The notes beneath the pieces are model-generated. The model was not told the DNA's origin, searched no databases, and saw only the letters and a list, made by a program, of their open reading frames with translations. Below are positions 19,553 through 30,229 of a stretch of DNA of 64,000 nt, in pieces. Position numbers and translations under genes: made by a program. The stretch lies in IMG/VR virus record IMGVR_UViG_3300028888_000057, one strand, 5' to 3'. The stretch comes from a virus (taxonomy: Duplodnaviria > Caudoviricetes). Every line of letters starts with the position of its first letter. The first letter of the stretch is position 1.

Positions 19553-20464
19553 TCACGCTCCGTTTAAATCGAGTGCTTCAACGATGTATCTAAATTCTTC
19601 AATAGTTTTATCTACATCGTCTTTGGGCCATTCAATCTTACGAGTCATGCTGTGCCCGGTTGTTTCTAATTGGAATGCTATTTCCGACCATGAACCTACG
19701 CCGCTCTTATCACCGGGCTTACGTTTGCACGCAGCGAAGTTACCCGTCTTCATCAGCAGGTCATACTGGGCGATAGCATCTTTAACATCCTGCAAAGAGC
19801 ATTTGCCGGACATATATTTGTCCTGTGCTGTATCAACCAGCAACGACGCTTTAGCTAATTTCTTGGCGTTGTCCCTTAATGAAATATCAGAGAGGTCAAA
19901 GTCATTTTCCAAACCCTGATAGTAGGTTTCCAAGTATTCGATCTCAGAGGGCTTGAACATTCCATTGAACTCATGGGAGTAAATCTTAACGTTAGGATCG
20001 GCAGGCTTCGCGGCTGAGATATCAACGATCTTCCCGGCCTCTTTCGCTTCAGCATAACTATTCGCATAAACATCACCATTGTGATCCTCATACTTATAGA
20101 TCTGCGTCTTCTGCATCATTCCCGGAACAATCTTGCACGCAATACTTTCCAGTATTACCTGCTGTCTGTCTTCAGATGATTTCTGAAACACAGAGTTATT
20201 GGCCGCCTGTAAACCAGCCTGCTTAATTGCATTGGCCCACATCGATTCATTCCAAGCTCTGTTGTTTTCCCAGAAATATTCACGCATCTCATCCTTGGTC
20301 TGACACTGCGCAATACAGTCTTTACACCATGAATCTTTTCCGCCCTGATCGATCCAGTCGCGATTAGAGAAAAACTTTGCTACAGGTACAGTCCTGTGAC
20401 ATTTCACACAAAGCTTGGTTAACGGAGGTTTCTTCGCAGTAGTCCTGTACTTCGAAGTAATCAT
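19553..20464 (-). CDS. Zn-finger-containing protein upstream of TerL (possible small terminase)
   Basis: CVKC and CKDC pairs; position. Confidence 0.5.
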   Translation of the reverse strand: MITSKYRTTAKKPPLTKLCVKCHRTVPVAKFFSNRDWIDQGGKDSWCKDCIAQCQTKDEMREYFWENNRAWNESMWANAIKQAGLQAANNSVFQKSSEDRQQVILESIACKIVPGMMQKTQIYKYEDHNGDVYANSYAEAKEAGKIVDISAAKPADPNVKIYSHEFNGMFKPSEIEYLETYYQGLENDFDLSDISLRDNAKKLAKASLLVDTAQDKYMSGKCSLQDVKDAIAQYDLLMKTGNFAACKRKPGDKSGVGSWSEIAFQLETTGHSMTRKIEWPKDDVDKTIEEFRYIVEALDLNGA

Positions 20465-20778
20465 TCCGTATCATCCAAGATCTCCATCAGTTCCTTTTCA
20501 GGTCCTGTAAGATCTTCTTTCTTTACTGAAATGTATCCGTTCTCCATTTGCTTTGTAAGTGTCTCAATGTTCTTGAAAGTTCTTTCATTCCTAACCTGTG
20601 TATAGAACTCCGTTAAAGCAAGAAACAGTTCCGGTGTTTTTGTGTACTTAAAAGTACTGATGTTGTATTCTCCAACTCTCTTAACATACACGTACCGAAT
20701 TCCCTTATCAGCAAGGAACTCTACTTCTCGTCTCCACTGGGTCATATACTCCGAATCAAACGCCTTATTGGGTACCAT
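20461..20778 (-). CDS. Hypothetical protein, first gene of the late operon
   Basis: GAGGTG RBS; overlaps the next start. Confidence 0.65.
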   Translation of the reverse strand: MVPNKAFDSEYMTQWRREVEFLADKGIRYVYVKRVGEYNISTFKYTKTPELFLALTEFYTQVRNERTFKNIETLTKQMENGYISVKKEDLTGPEKELMEILDDTE

Positions 20779-20819
20779 TGTTTATCACCTCAATTTTTAA
20801 CTTTGGGAAGCTACTTCTT

Positions 20820-20846
20820 CCTTTATGTCACGTTTCGGATGGTTAC
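20820..20846 (-). promoter_or_regulatory. Putative phage-RNAP (late) promoter
   Basis: GTAACCATCCGAAACGTGACATAAAGG, a variant of the six-copy motif, about 40 nt upstream of the late operon. Confidence 0.55.
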
Positions 20847-21110
20847 GCTGCGAAAAGTTGTTAAAAGATGGAAATAAGTATTTTATTTGTATCAATGGAT
20901 ATTAAATGCTTTGCTTTTCTCGAAAGAGTTTTTTGTATGATTCGAAATATCGTGTTTTTAAATTTAAGAGGAGGGAGCTGGCCGTCAGGCCAAAGCTCCC
21001 TCTTTTTTTCTTATAGGTTACATAATGAAGATTGTTCGAAAAAGAGATGGAGGTTAATTTTCAAAGAGGACTTGGAAGGAAATAACGTGATATAAAAGGC
21101 TTGCACAGAA

Positions 21111-21150
21111 AGGTTTGAATTTGAAATAGGAGGTTTGAATTTGAAATAGG
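21111..21150. repeat. Two exact 20-bp tandem repeats AGGTTTGAATTTGAAATAGG plus a partial third copy
   Basis: Read directly; lies at the strand switch. Confidence 0.9.
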
Positions 21151-21367
21151 AGTTGGAAGAGAATATATATCGAGCAATTTACGCTCACAAAAACTTTTCA
21201 GCGTAAATTACGGCCCTTTTTCTGCAACGAATATCCCAACATTCTTAGAATGTTCTGGATATTTCTGATTTTCTGAAATGGGTCAGGTAGCTCAAAAATC
21301 CAATACAAAAAAAGAGAGTCGCAGCAATGCGGCTCTTTTTTTGATAAAAAAGAAGGAGGAAACAAAC

Positions 21368-21661
21368 ATGGATTACATCAGTATCATCAAAAAGGAAGCA
21401 GCTCCCTACATGGATCGTCTCTCGATCCGTAGAGAAGCAATGCTTAAGCAGGATGAAGAGCTTTACGAGTATAGTTTTTCATCTGCTTTCGATTGTGCCA
21501 AACATCATGACCACGACAGGTTAGTATCAGCCGTTAAAAAGATTAACGTACAGTTAATCAAAGACGGTAAAAAGCCTCTTTGTAGCGATGATCGCTACGA
21601 GGCAGCAAAGTTTTGCTGCATTATCAGCGGCAGAAAAGAGTTAGTAGACTATGTTTACTAA
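21368..21661 (+). CDS. Hypothetical early protein
   Basis: AAGGAGG RBS before ATG 21368. Confidence 0.7.
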   Translation: MDYISIIKKEAAPYMDRLSIRREAMLKQDEELYEYSFSSAFDCAKHHDHDRLVSAVKKINVQLIKDGKKPLCSDDRYEAAKFCCIISGRKELVDYVY

Positions 21662-21728
21662 CAAAAACCACAAGGAGAGACTGAAAAGCCTCTCCTTTTT
21701 TTATTATTATCAAATAAGGAGGAAAATT

Positions 21729-21893
21729 ATGTATAACTCTCCATACAAACTGTATATCGATAATGATTATATTGAGTACAAGTTCATTACCGATGCTGCA
21801 CAAGCGTGGGCAGACGAACCCAACGCCAAAATATTCGATGCTAATGGCATTGAGGTAGAACAAGAGGACATCGAATCAGTCCTCTGTTGGTAA
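21729..21893 (+). CDS. Small hypothetical early protein
   Basis: AAGGAGG RBS. Confidence 0.65.
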   Translation: MYNSPYKLYIDNDYIEYKFITDAAQAWADEPNAKIFDANGIEVEQEDIESVLCW

Positions 21894-21979
21894 CTTTGAC
21901 AAACAGGAGATCCAAGCGGTCTCCTGTAGTCAGAGCTACTGTCTCTGAAAAAAATAAAATAAGAAAGGTGGTACCCATC

Positions 21980-22378
21980 ATGATTAACATTATCGACATT
22001 TTTCCTGCTCTTGCAGCCGCATTGGCAACGTTCCTTATTTGCTTTGTTGTTTACAAAGCGGTAACGGGAAACCAAACAGCAACGATTATTCTTACCGCGA
22101 TCGTTAGTTTCATAATTCTCATTGGAGCAGCTGCAGCAGGAACAGCAGAAACACAATACAAATACCAATTAGAAATTTGTATTGTTAATGTCTCCGCAGA
22201 AGAAATCAATATTATTCGTTTGTCAGATGGAAATGAATATGCCATCGACTTCGAATATGGTTGGTCTAATGGACTCAACATTGTTATCTTTAACAATAAC
22301 AATACTACATCGCCTTATGATGATATTGTTATTGTAAGAAATGAACTGTTCTATGGTTTTATTAACAGCAACATTTAA
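21980..22378 (+). CDS. Putative membrane protein with two transmembrane segments
   Basis: Two hydrophobic stretches; AAAGGTGG RBS. Confidence 0.65.
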   Translation: MINIIDIFPALAAALATFLICFVVYKAVTGNQTATIILTAIVSFIILIGAAAAGTAETQYKYQLEICIVNVSAEEINIIRLSDGNEYAIDFEYGWSNGLNIVIFNNNNTTSPYDDIVIVRNELFYGFINSNI

Positions 22379-22520
22379 ATACTGTTGCTTTTTATACGGC
22401 ATAAGGTAAGCCTGCTCCACGGTGGACGAAACCTTGAAACATGCGGGTGTTTGCCGCAGTAACCTGCAACGGTTACACATTATATGCACCTACTGCATAG
22501 TGTAGGAGAAGGAGGATACC

Positions 22521-22976
22521 ATGTCTATCAATACCATCACACCCATAAACTGGTTTGAAGATTTCAACGGAGCGAATTTTGGCTTTATTAGACAAGCAGC
22601 TTGTAATAATAATTTACCATTCGACGATAAACTGAAAACCATTAGTTTACCAAGATGTATTGAAGCCGTTGATGGGTTCGGGATTCAGGGAAGCTTTGAG
22701 AACCATCAAATTGTATTCACCGTTGTTGTTGTTAACTATGAAGAATGTGGTGGAGATCCAGATGATCCAAATTGGGAATATCAACTGATCCCAACGCTCT
22801 GGCTATACAGTGGGACATGGGACAAACACAAAATAGAAGGGTTAGCTTCTAGCAGCCAATTGGCAGTTGGCAAAATGCTACAGGGCATTTATAGAAACGC
22901 AAATGTTCATAATCCAGAGGTCGCATCTGCATTAAAGACACATAAGTTTAAATTCAGAACATTCGGCTTTTGTTGA
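22521..22976 (+). CDS. Hypothetical protein
   Basis: AAGGAGG RBS. Confidence 0.7.
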   Translation: MSINTITPINWFEDFNGANFGFIRQAACNNNLPFDDKLKTISLPRCIEAVDGFGIQGSFENHQIVFTVVVVNYEECGGDPDDPNWEYQLIPTLWLYSGTWDKHKIEGLASSSQLAVGKMLQGIYRNANVHNPEVASALKTHKFKFRTFGFC

Positions 22977-23251
22977 AGACAAAAGGTAGGTATAAAAGCC
23001 TGCTTTTTTATTTCAACATACGTGAACAGAAGAGCTCTGAGTAATCAGAGTTCTTTTTTATATATCAACATGCATGAAGTACTCGCTCATGCATTACAAC
23101 CGCAAAATCCCAGCGGTATGAGTGTGGCAATTGGGTGCCGTGCTATACGAAACATAGCTCAAGGCCGAGCAGGCGCATCTTAGCTCAAAGATGCAAATGT
23201 TTATCAATTCTATTTTGTTGTCTCTTAAGTGAGACAGAAAGGAAGGAAACC

Positions 23252-26200
23252 ATGTCTAAGATTAATACTTCTATTGCTGTCGTCTCCGCTCTGATCAACG
23301 AAGGGAAAATTCCGACGAAGGTGGCAAATGCTTTAGCGATTTCTCTGTCTGTAACCGAATTAAGACAGATCGTTGCCAACAATGCTCTTGACCGTCTCAT
23401 GAAGATTGAAGGCATCGGTGAAAAGAGAGCTGCAACCATTATTAAGGTGCTTACTGGAAAGATCCCTCAGCGGCTTTCCGAGAGCCGCACCGGCAAGAAG
23501 ATCAGCACTCGGGAACCGAGCGTAGGGTTCTCCCTTCGTTCGTTCGCTTCCAAGACCGTAATGAAGGAATATGTTCCGTACATCGAAGCGATAAATAATA
23601 TCGAACTGTACAAAGAAACCGAAAACGGTCGTATGCTCGATGACGAAGCATTGCTTGATGCCCGTCAGGCATATGCTGAACTCAAGAAGTTTTCGAACGA
23701 ACTGGACGAAAAGAACTTACCGTTCTCTCTGTTCCAGAACGAAGGAACTATCTCACGGATGAGCCGCAGCATCGGCTCTGACATTTTCGGGATCGATTAC
23801 ACCTCAAAGAAACCGACAACCGCATGGATTACTGTCGAACATGGAATCCAAGAGCTGATCAATTTCAATTGGCACGTTTTCGGCAACACGAAAACCGAAG
23901 CCGAAGCTGAAAAGAATCGCCTGCAGCAGGAAATCGAACACAGACTCGGTAACGCCGGTGTTCGGATGTATGTTGGCAACACGAGCGTAGAAAGCTCAAT
24001 GATCCACTACGGTGGATTCGCAGCTTCAGCATCTCACCAGAAAGACGAGAAGTTGGTTATGGCTGACGCAAAACTTATGAAGCTTCATGAAGAAGCAATC
24101 TGGTTCACTATGAAGATGGCCGAAGTATTTGATCTTGAGATCAACGGAGCGGCAATTTGGAAAATGAGAGCAAACCTTCTTAGACCGATCCGTTGCGGTC
24201 TCAAAATCAAAGGTGGTCGCCAGCTTACGCTGAATGACATCGAAATTAAGGAACCGATCATTGTTAATCGTGTCATCAAGAACGCTCGAAAGATTGGTGA
24301 ACTGAACGAAGAGACGGGTGAAATCTTCGAAGACGGCAAAATGGCTGTTGAAAAGACCTTGGCCGACGGCACTCTTATGTCTACCGTGGAACTCGAACAG
24401 TGGGGTCAGACCACTTCTTATGGCATCAAGGGATGCTCGGGAGACGGAGCCGCTCCGATCAAGTACGCAGCGAAACTGGAAGGGAAAGAAGTTCCTTTGA
24501 TGAAACCCATCCTTATGGATGGGGGATGCTGGAAATTCGATAAAGTCAGATGTTCCTGGGAAGAATTCGTTCGTAGAGCGAACAAGCTCGCCGAACGGTA
24601 TCCGAGTTTGAATAAACTCTGGCTGCTCCGCGAAGGAGACGAGCTGGAAGACGACGTTAAAGTTCGTCGACTGACTCGGAGTCTTATTCAGCAGTGGATC
24701 CATCTCGACGCTCGCGACATCCGTATGATCACTAAGAAGAGCCGCAAGAGCCTGAACAAAATGAAGACCTTAAAGGGTGCTATCAACATGATGGCCGAGA
24801 CTGGACGGGAAGAAAAGAGCCAGTTGGGTAAGGTGTTTGAGAAAGCACCGTGGCTGGTACTTAATCCTGAAGTTCAGAGATATCTCGAAACAAGGTTTGT
24901 CCGGAAACAGAGGGAAGCTGCGGCATGTAAGTTTAAGACGACTGGGTTTTATCCTTACATTCAGGAAGACTTTGTTGCCATCGCCCAAATTTGGGTGTTT
25001 GGTGCCGATTCCAACCGTATGGATCTGGGCGTGTTGAAGGCAGGCGAAATGAGCGTCGCTGATGTGGCACCCAAGCAGAAAATGCTGGCAGTCCGGTTTC
25101 CTGCGAACTATCAGACCGCTGCCGTACGTATCAATGTGCCTTGTCGCGAAGCTTTCAGTTCTTGCAGCAACATCTGCATGATCTCAATCTACGACGATAT
25201 CCTGATCCGTCAGGATGGTGACGTAGATGGTGACGAAATGGCCATCATTCTGGATGAAATCGCAATAGCTGCGACTGAAAGAATGTACGAAGAGTTCAAT
25301 CCTCCGGTTGTCGTGTTCGCACACGGAGGAAAGGCTCCGAAGAAAAAGATCAGCAATCGGGCTGGTCTTATTGAAACTATGTATAATGACTTGTGGAAGG
25401 CCAAGAAGTTTGATGGCGTTGGAAAGTATGCCAATCTGGCAACTCTTTGTTGCCACCTTGCTTCTCTGGCTTATGCCCATGGAGATATGGACGAAGTTAA
25501 GATGCGCCTTGTTCAGATGTCTCTGGCATCGACTGGTGCTATCTTAGCGATTGACCAAGTGAAAGGCAACGCCGTCAGCGACGAGCTGATCGAGCGACTG
25601 GAACAGATCAGCAAGTCTGTCAGGAACCAGTGTCTGAACATGATGCCGTTCACTCAGCAGTTCGTCAAAGGCCTGAAGGCTGATGAAGTTCTGCCTGAAA
25701 GTGATGCTTTGTGTGATCAGATGGCTGGTCTGATCATTCGCGATACCAACGACAAGGAAACCAACGGTTATAAACTTGAAGTTGGTAACGCGCAGTGGAA
25801 CGCAAAGGAAGCGAAGCGGGCTATGCTCGACTTTGGCCTGAGAACGACTTCACTCCGGAACTCTCCTGTTCCGAAGAGCATTCTCGATACACTGGCGGAT
25901 AACTGGTTCAACGACAAGAACAATGCTGATCAGGAGACCTTCCGTCTGATCAAGGCTGGTCAGCCCGTTCAGATGAAGGATCTGGTACTTCTCATGTGGA
26001 GAAATGCATGTGCGTTGGAATTCCGTATGACCGGGGATAATCTGACCGCCAAGCGGGAAGAGTATCTGAAGATTGTACGTGAAATGCTGTATACACAGGC
26101 AACCTCTGCTAAATGGGTTGGTAATGACGGGCACGTATTCACCGATGCCGAAAAGAAAGCTTCTGTCGTGAACGTTCTGGTGTATGATGCACTTAACATG

Positions 26201-26500
26201 AGCGGCAAAGGCAATGGTATCGATGATGACAAGAAGGGATCCTATGCAATCTTCGTACTGAAGGTGTTTGCGAAGGAGATCCTCTGGTGTCTCGAACGGA
26301 ACCATGCAGATGCCAACCTGTTCAACATCAAGTATGCGACTGCTACCGATCTGGAGATCGAAGAGTCCGCAGAAGCGATTGAGAACATTCTGGCCGACGG
26401 GTGGGGCAACATTGACGAAGATCAGGAAGTGTGGTTCTCCGATGAGGATAACTACACAGACTATGATCTTGGCGACAATGACTATGTAGAAGAATGTTAA
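23252..26500 (+). CDS. Single-subunit two-barrel RNA polymerase (YonO/RdRP-like) with N-terminal helix-hairpin-helix
   Basis: Catalytic DGDVDGD, VRFP, LADG..GIKG and AIDQVK motifs; HhH IEGIGEKRA; RBS before ATG 23252. Confidence 0.8.
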   Translation: MSKINTSIAVVSALINEGKIPTKVANALAISLSVTELRQIVANNALDRLMKIEGIGEKRAATIIKVLTGKIPQRLSESRTGKKISTREPSVGFSLRSFASKTVMKEYVPYIEAINNIELYKETENGRMLDDEALLDARQAYAELKKFSNELDEKNLPFSLFQNEGTISRMSRSIGSDIFGIDYTSKKPTTAWITVEHGIQELINFNWHVFGNTKTEAEAEKNRLQQEIEHRLGNAGVRMYVGNTSVESSMIHYGGFAASASHQKDEKLVMADAKLMKLHEEAIWFTMKMAEVFDLEINGAAIWKMRANLLRPIRCGLKIKGGRQLTLNDIEIKEPIIVNRVIKNARKIGELNEETGEIFEDGKMAVEKTLADGTLMSTVELEQWGQTTSYGIKGCSGDGAAPIKYAAKLEGKEVPLMKPILMDGGCWKFDKVRCSWEEFVRRANKLAERYPSLNKLWLLREGDELEDDVKVRRLTRSLIQQWIHLDARDIRMITKKSRKSLNKMKTLKGAINMMAETGREEKSQLGKVFEKAPWLVLNPEVQRYLETRFVRKQREAAACKFKTTGFYPYIQEDFVAIAQIWVFGADSNRMDLGVLKAGEMSVADVAPKQKMLAVRFPANYQTAAVRINVPCREAFSSCSNICMISIYDDILIRQDGDVDGDEMAIILDEIAIAATERMYEEFNPPVVVFAHGGKAPKKKISNRAGLIETMYNDLWKAKKFDGVGKYANLATLCCHLASLAYAHGDMDEVKMRLVQMSLASTGAILAIDQVKGNAVSDELIERLEQISKSVRNQCLNMMPFTQQFVKGLKADEVLPESDALCDQMAGLIIRDTNDKETNGYKLEVGNAQWNAKEAKRAMLDFGLRTTSLRNSPVPKSILDTLADNWFNDKNNADQETFRLIKAGQPVQMKDLVLLMWRNACALEFRMTGDNLTAKREEYLKIVREMLYTQATSAKWVGNDGHVFTDAEKKASVVNVLVYDALNMSGKGNGIDDDKKGSYAIFVLKVFAKEILWCLERNHADANLFNIKYATATDLEIEESAEAIENILADGWGNIDEDQEVWFSDEDNYTDYDLGDNDYVEEC

Positions 26501-26904
26501 ACCATAATACACGGGAGCCGCACGATCGGCTCTCGTAATTGTGGCTTAACACACCACAATATCACCCCAAAACCCTAACTTCGACACCGACCGATTCTAT
26601 TAGGGCGGGGGAGTTTTTTGGGACGCTCTAATTTTACGGGGCCAATATTTTTTCGGGCCCTATATATTTTTCTCGCAATATATATTTTCTCCATTGTTAT
26701 TATATTATCTCCGTCCCACAAGTGGGACTACAAATACTTTTGTGAAGAATGTTGTTTTCAAACATTTCTGTGTCACGTTCTTAATTGTCGCGGCGACCGA
26801 ATATTTTACAGGGCGGGAGAGATTTTAAACCCTTCGGACTTACAATTTCTTTCCATCCTTATTTTATCAATCTTTCGCCTTTCCTTAACTTGAAATACTC
26901 ACAC

Positions 26905-26960
26905 GGCCCGCAAGCGGGCCTGCAAATACATCTGCGAAAGGAAAACCATCTCCTTTCAAG
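26905..26960 (+). repeat. CGCAAGCG hairpin element with a conserved downstream stem (copy 1)
   Basis: Full-length relative at 28739-28795; hairpin-only copies at 27005-27020 and 45792-45803. Confidence 0.65.
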
Positions 26961-27077
26961 GTTTCTCATTAATCAATTTTCCTACTGTTCGCACACGATC
27001 CACCGGATCGCAAGCGATCCTGCTAAGTACCCTTATGGGAAAATCCCGTATTACATAATTAAATATTTTAGGAGGTA

Positions 27078-27335
27078 TTGGTTATGTTCATGGAAACTCG
27101 TAATGCTCTGAAGAAGGCTCTGGCGGACTGGAAGGAACGGCTCGTTGAGCATGACAGGAAGGTTGCCAAGCTTGAAGCTCTCGTTCGCTCTTTTAACGAA
27201 AACACCCCGGAGCATCTGTTTGTTCCTACCATGCAGGTCTTGAAGAAGGCTGAGCAGGAAGCTGATTTGATTCGGCTGAACTGCCGTGCTTTGGAGACTG
27301 AACTGAAGAAATACAGTCTTAAGCCTGCAGCATAA
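27078..27335 (+). CDS. Hypothetical coiled-coil protein
   Basis: AGGAGGT RBS, biased codons. Confidence 0.7.
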   Translation: MVMFMETRNALKKALADWKERLVEHDRKVAKLEALVRSFNENTPEHLFVPTMQVLKKAEQEADLIRLNCRALETELKKYSLKPAA

Positions 27336-27771
27336 TCTCGTATATCCAGTAAACCGCCCCGGCTACTGCTTAGCGCTGGTTGGGACGGTTAATTGGCTAC
27401 ACGAGGACTTTCAAGCATGTGACTATGGCAGACTGAAAGTCAATGCTTGAGACATGTCCTACATTTCGCGTCATGTTTTGCGGAAGTTGCCAGTTCTGCT
27501 TGACATGAGCGGCATGGGTCCCGGGGGATTAAGGGTCCCCTGGGATTTCCATTCAATAATGACATTTTCCTACTTCATGGGTTACCTCCTTCCTTTGGAG
27601 AGAATGGATTTCTTCCTTGAGCAAGAAGAATGAAATTCTCTCCTTTCTTTGGTAAAACCAGCCATTGGCTGATTTTATATAACCCGAATTAATCAAAGAC
27701 TGAGATCTCGAATTCGGGCTATTTCTCTCTTGCTTATTAATTATCGATTAATTTTAGGAGGATCAAACAAT

Positions 27772-28209
27772 ATGTTTAACGTTGATATCTACACAGACGG
27801 AGCGTGCTCCGGGAATCCCGGCCCTGGCGGATACGGTGCGATTATTACCTGCAAAGGGCAGGAAAAGATTGTCCGTGGTTTCGTTGAAAATTCTACCAAC
27901 TGCAGAATGGAACTGATTGCCATTATTGAAGCAATCAAAGTTCTGAACAAACCATGTCAGATTCAGGTCTACACAGACGCAAAGTACGTCGTTGACGGTG
28001 TGACCAACTGCAAGAAATGGCTGGCCAAGAAAGATCTTGCCAATCGTGACTTGTGGATGGAACTCATCACAGTAGGCAACGAAGGCAAGCACAAGATGAA
28101 ATTCATTAAAGTCAAAGGTCATTCCGGAGATGTGATGAATGAACGCTGTGACAAAATTGCCAAAGAACAGATTCGTAAATACTGGCATGAAAGGACTGGA
28201 ATGGAATGA
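27772..28209 (+). CDS. rnhA: Ribonuclease HI
   Basis: YTDGACSGNPGPGG, TN.RMEL, TD.KYV, N.DLW, VKGHSG..NERCD. Confidence 0.95.
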   Translation: MFNVDIYTDGACSGNPGPGGYGAIITCKGQEKIVRGFVENSTNCRMELIAIIEAIKVLNKPCQIQVYTDAKYVVDGVTNCKKWLAKKDLANRDLWMELITVGNEGKHKMKFIKVKGHSGDVMNERCDKIAKEQIRKYWHERTGME

Positions 28210-28286
28210 AAAAGCAGGTGGCTATCTATCTTTTCGCATTTCTGGTTCCAACGGTTTTATCTCTGATTTTTGTGAGGTGAATAAAT

Positions 28287-28484
28287 ATGCATGAGTATCA
28301 ATGTATTGATACCGAGTATGGAGTGAAAGGATTCATGCCCAGCGGGGAACAGCGTGAGTTTGCAACAGAGTCGGAATATCGGGATGCATATACCGATGAG
28401 GAAAACGAAATCTACGATGAGATGTACAGACTGAACAATGGTTTTCAGTATGAAATCGAAGAAGATTTCGTGCTTGGCGCATGA
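28287..28484 (+). CDS. Small acidic hypothetical protein
   Basis: GAGGTG RBS. Confidence 0.6.
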   Translation: MHEYQCIDTEYGVKGFMPSGEQREFATESEYRDAYTDEENEIYDEMYRLNNGFQYEIEEDFVLGA

Positions 28485-28732
28485 TCCTGTTATTTACATC
28501 TGTCGCAATGATTGCTATCTCGTTCTGGGCCGGAATGAAGACAGCAGACAGATACCATCGAGAGGCCATGCAGCATGAAGAATATTCCCTGAGATTAGCC
28601 CATGCAAGAATAGAATCAGGAAGTTATCCATCATATGTTGCACCAATTCAACCCATCGGTCAACCATTTATGGACAGACTGAAATCCCAAGGGAAAGCTA
28701 CCCAACAAATTCGAAAATCCAAACAAGCATGA
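28481..28732 (+). CDS. Small membrane-anchored protein
   Basis: N-terminal hydrophobic segment; ATGA overlap. Confidence 0.55.
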   Translation: MILLFTSVAMIAISFWAGMKTADRYHREAMQHEEYSLRLAHARIESGSYPSYVAPIQPIGQPFMDRLKSQGKATQQIRKSKQA

Positions 28733-28930
28733 TTCCCCGGGGCGCAAGCGCCCCTACAGGAATACATCTGTGAAGGGTAAACCAATTCCCTTCAAATCCC
28801 CATCATGTGGCGTCCGATACCCACAATAAATACCGCCGTCGGATAGGACTGTCTCCCGAAAGAGCTGGGCAGATTGCAATGCAGAAATTGCTGAACCCAT
28901 CGATTAAATTTTATTGATTAACGGAGGATT

Positions 28931-29338
28931 TTGAAAATGACTAACTTCCTTGCTTCTGGACATATTGTCCGTAATGCTGCTACCCGTACCGTGACCGTTG
29001 GCAACGTGCCGACTCTGGTGACCGACTTCACCGTGGCCGTCAATGACGGATATGATCCCAAGACCAATCAGCCCCGGTATACCAACTACTGGCGCGTGAG
29101 CCTGTGGCGTGAGACCGGCGCAAAGCTGGCTCCGCATCTGGTTCAGGGTCGTGCTGTGAACATCACCGGTATCCCGACTGCCCGTGCGTGGCTGGATCAG
29201 AACGGCAAGCCTCAGGCTCAGCTTGAGGTGAAGGAAGCCCGTGTCGAGCTGATCGGCAAGAAGCCGGGTGATGACATTCCTGAGGAGCCGATTCCTGCGG
29301 ATGTTATCCCGGAAGAGGAACTGCCTTTCAATCAGTAA
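28931..29338 (+). CDS. ssb: Single-stranded DNA-binding protein 1
   Basis: OB-fold pattern (G.I, FTVAVN, V.LW, G..V.I.G) and acidic tail EEELPF. Confidence 0.88.
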   Translation: MKMTNFLASGHIVRNAATRTVTVGNVPTLVTDFTVAVNDGYDPKTNQPRYTNYWRVSLWRETGAKLAPHLVQGRAVNITGIPTARAWLDQNGKPQAQLEVKEARVELIGKKPGDDIPEEPIPADVIPEEELPFNQ

Positions 29339-29348
29339 TTGAAACCAT

Positions 29349-29388
29349 AGGGGGAATCAGAGCGATGGGGCTCTGGTTCCCCTTTTTT
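29349..29388 (+). terminator. Intrinsic terminator after ssb
   Basis: GGGGAATCAGAGC/GCTCTGGTTCCCC stem plus T-run. Confidence 0.75.
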
Positions 29389-29422
29389 CGACTTCTCCAT
29401 GTTGCATGTTCGATTGCGTTGC

Positions 29423-29464
29423 TTCGGTACCTAACTTTGAAGCCATGGAAGTGTGACATAAAGG
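29423..29464 (+). promoter_or_regulatory. Putative phage promoter with upstream palindrome
   Basis: TTCGGTACCTAA then TTGAAGCCATG..CATAAAGG. Confidence 0.55.
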
Positions 29465-29643
29465 AGAGAGACTAAAAGTTTTTTCTTTTTTTCTTTCCAG
29501 AATATTTTATTTCTTCGTATCTTACGAGAGATTTTTAATCACGAAGGCGTGTCTTGATGAGGGGATGACTATTTGTCCATCTGAAAACGACAGCGGCCTA
29601 TTTGATTATTTTTTCTCGGTAAATACGTTGAAAGAAGGAAAGG

Positions 29644-29913
29644 GTGATATTTTTGGAAACTTGTTTTAACTACTGTGATCCAAAGACTGCATTCTTCAGC
29701 TCGGACGAACGAAAGTGGATCAATAAAATTCACAAGCTGAAAGAAAAGTACCCTTACGAGATCACGATCATTGCTGAGCCAAAGGATAACGACGGGTGTA
29801 TCTATTGCAGACTTCCGGTTGCGTGGCTCAGAGTCCAGCCCAAGATCAAGCGAGAGATGTCCGAAGAACAAAAGGCGGCTTTTGTAGAGCGAATGGGCAA
29901 TCTTCATAAATAA
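29644..29913 (+). CDS. Hypothetical phage protein
   Basis: 89-aa ORF with purine-rich RBS. Confidence 0.65.
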   Translation: MIFLETCFNYCDPKTAFFSSDERKWINKIHKLKEKYPYEITIIAEPKDNDGCIYCRLPVAWLRVQPKIKREMSEEQKAAFVERMGNLHK

Positions 29914-30085
29914 CGAGAGATTTTTAGTCAAATTCGTTTTGTTTGTGGCAGGATGAGAATTTCTCCACCTAAATATTCAAACAAGCTAATTGGTTTCAAT
30001 TTCATCGTATATTACGAGGGTTCTGAACAAACGTGACTGAATATTACTCTGCAGATTGCAGAATGACTGTCGTATGGCAAATTAG

Positions 30086-30128
30086 TTCGGTACCGAAATT
30101 TGAAGCCATGCGAAACGAGCCATAAAGG
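30086..30128 (+). promoter_or_regulatory. Putative phage promoter for the tRNA cluster, with upstream palindrome
   Basis: TTCGGTACCGAA then TTGAAGCCATGCGAAACGAGCCATAAAGG. Confidence 0.6.
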
Positions 30129-30180
30129 AAGAGGATGTATGAAAGGTGGGTTCGCTCCCCGCTGATCCTTCTTCCAGGCT

Positions 30181-30229
30181 GTCGGTGTGCGCTATACGCT
30201 TAATCGCAAACCAGCCTTTTGCGGCCGAC
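30181..30229 (+). ncRNA. Structured RNA motif with CCAGCC loop, copy 1
   Basis: Second copy at 31303-31353 with compensatory stem changes. Confidence 0.55.
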
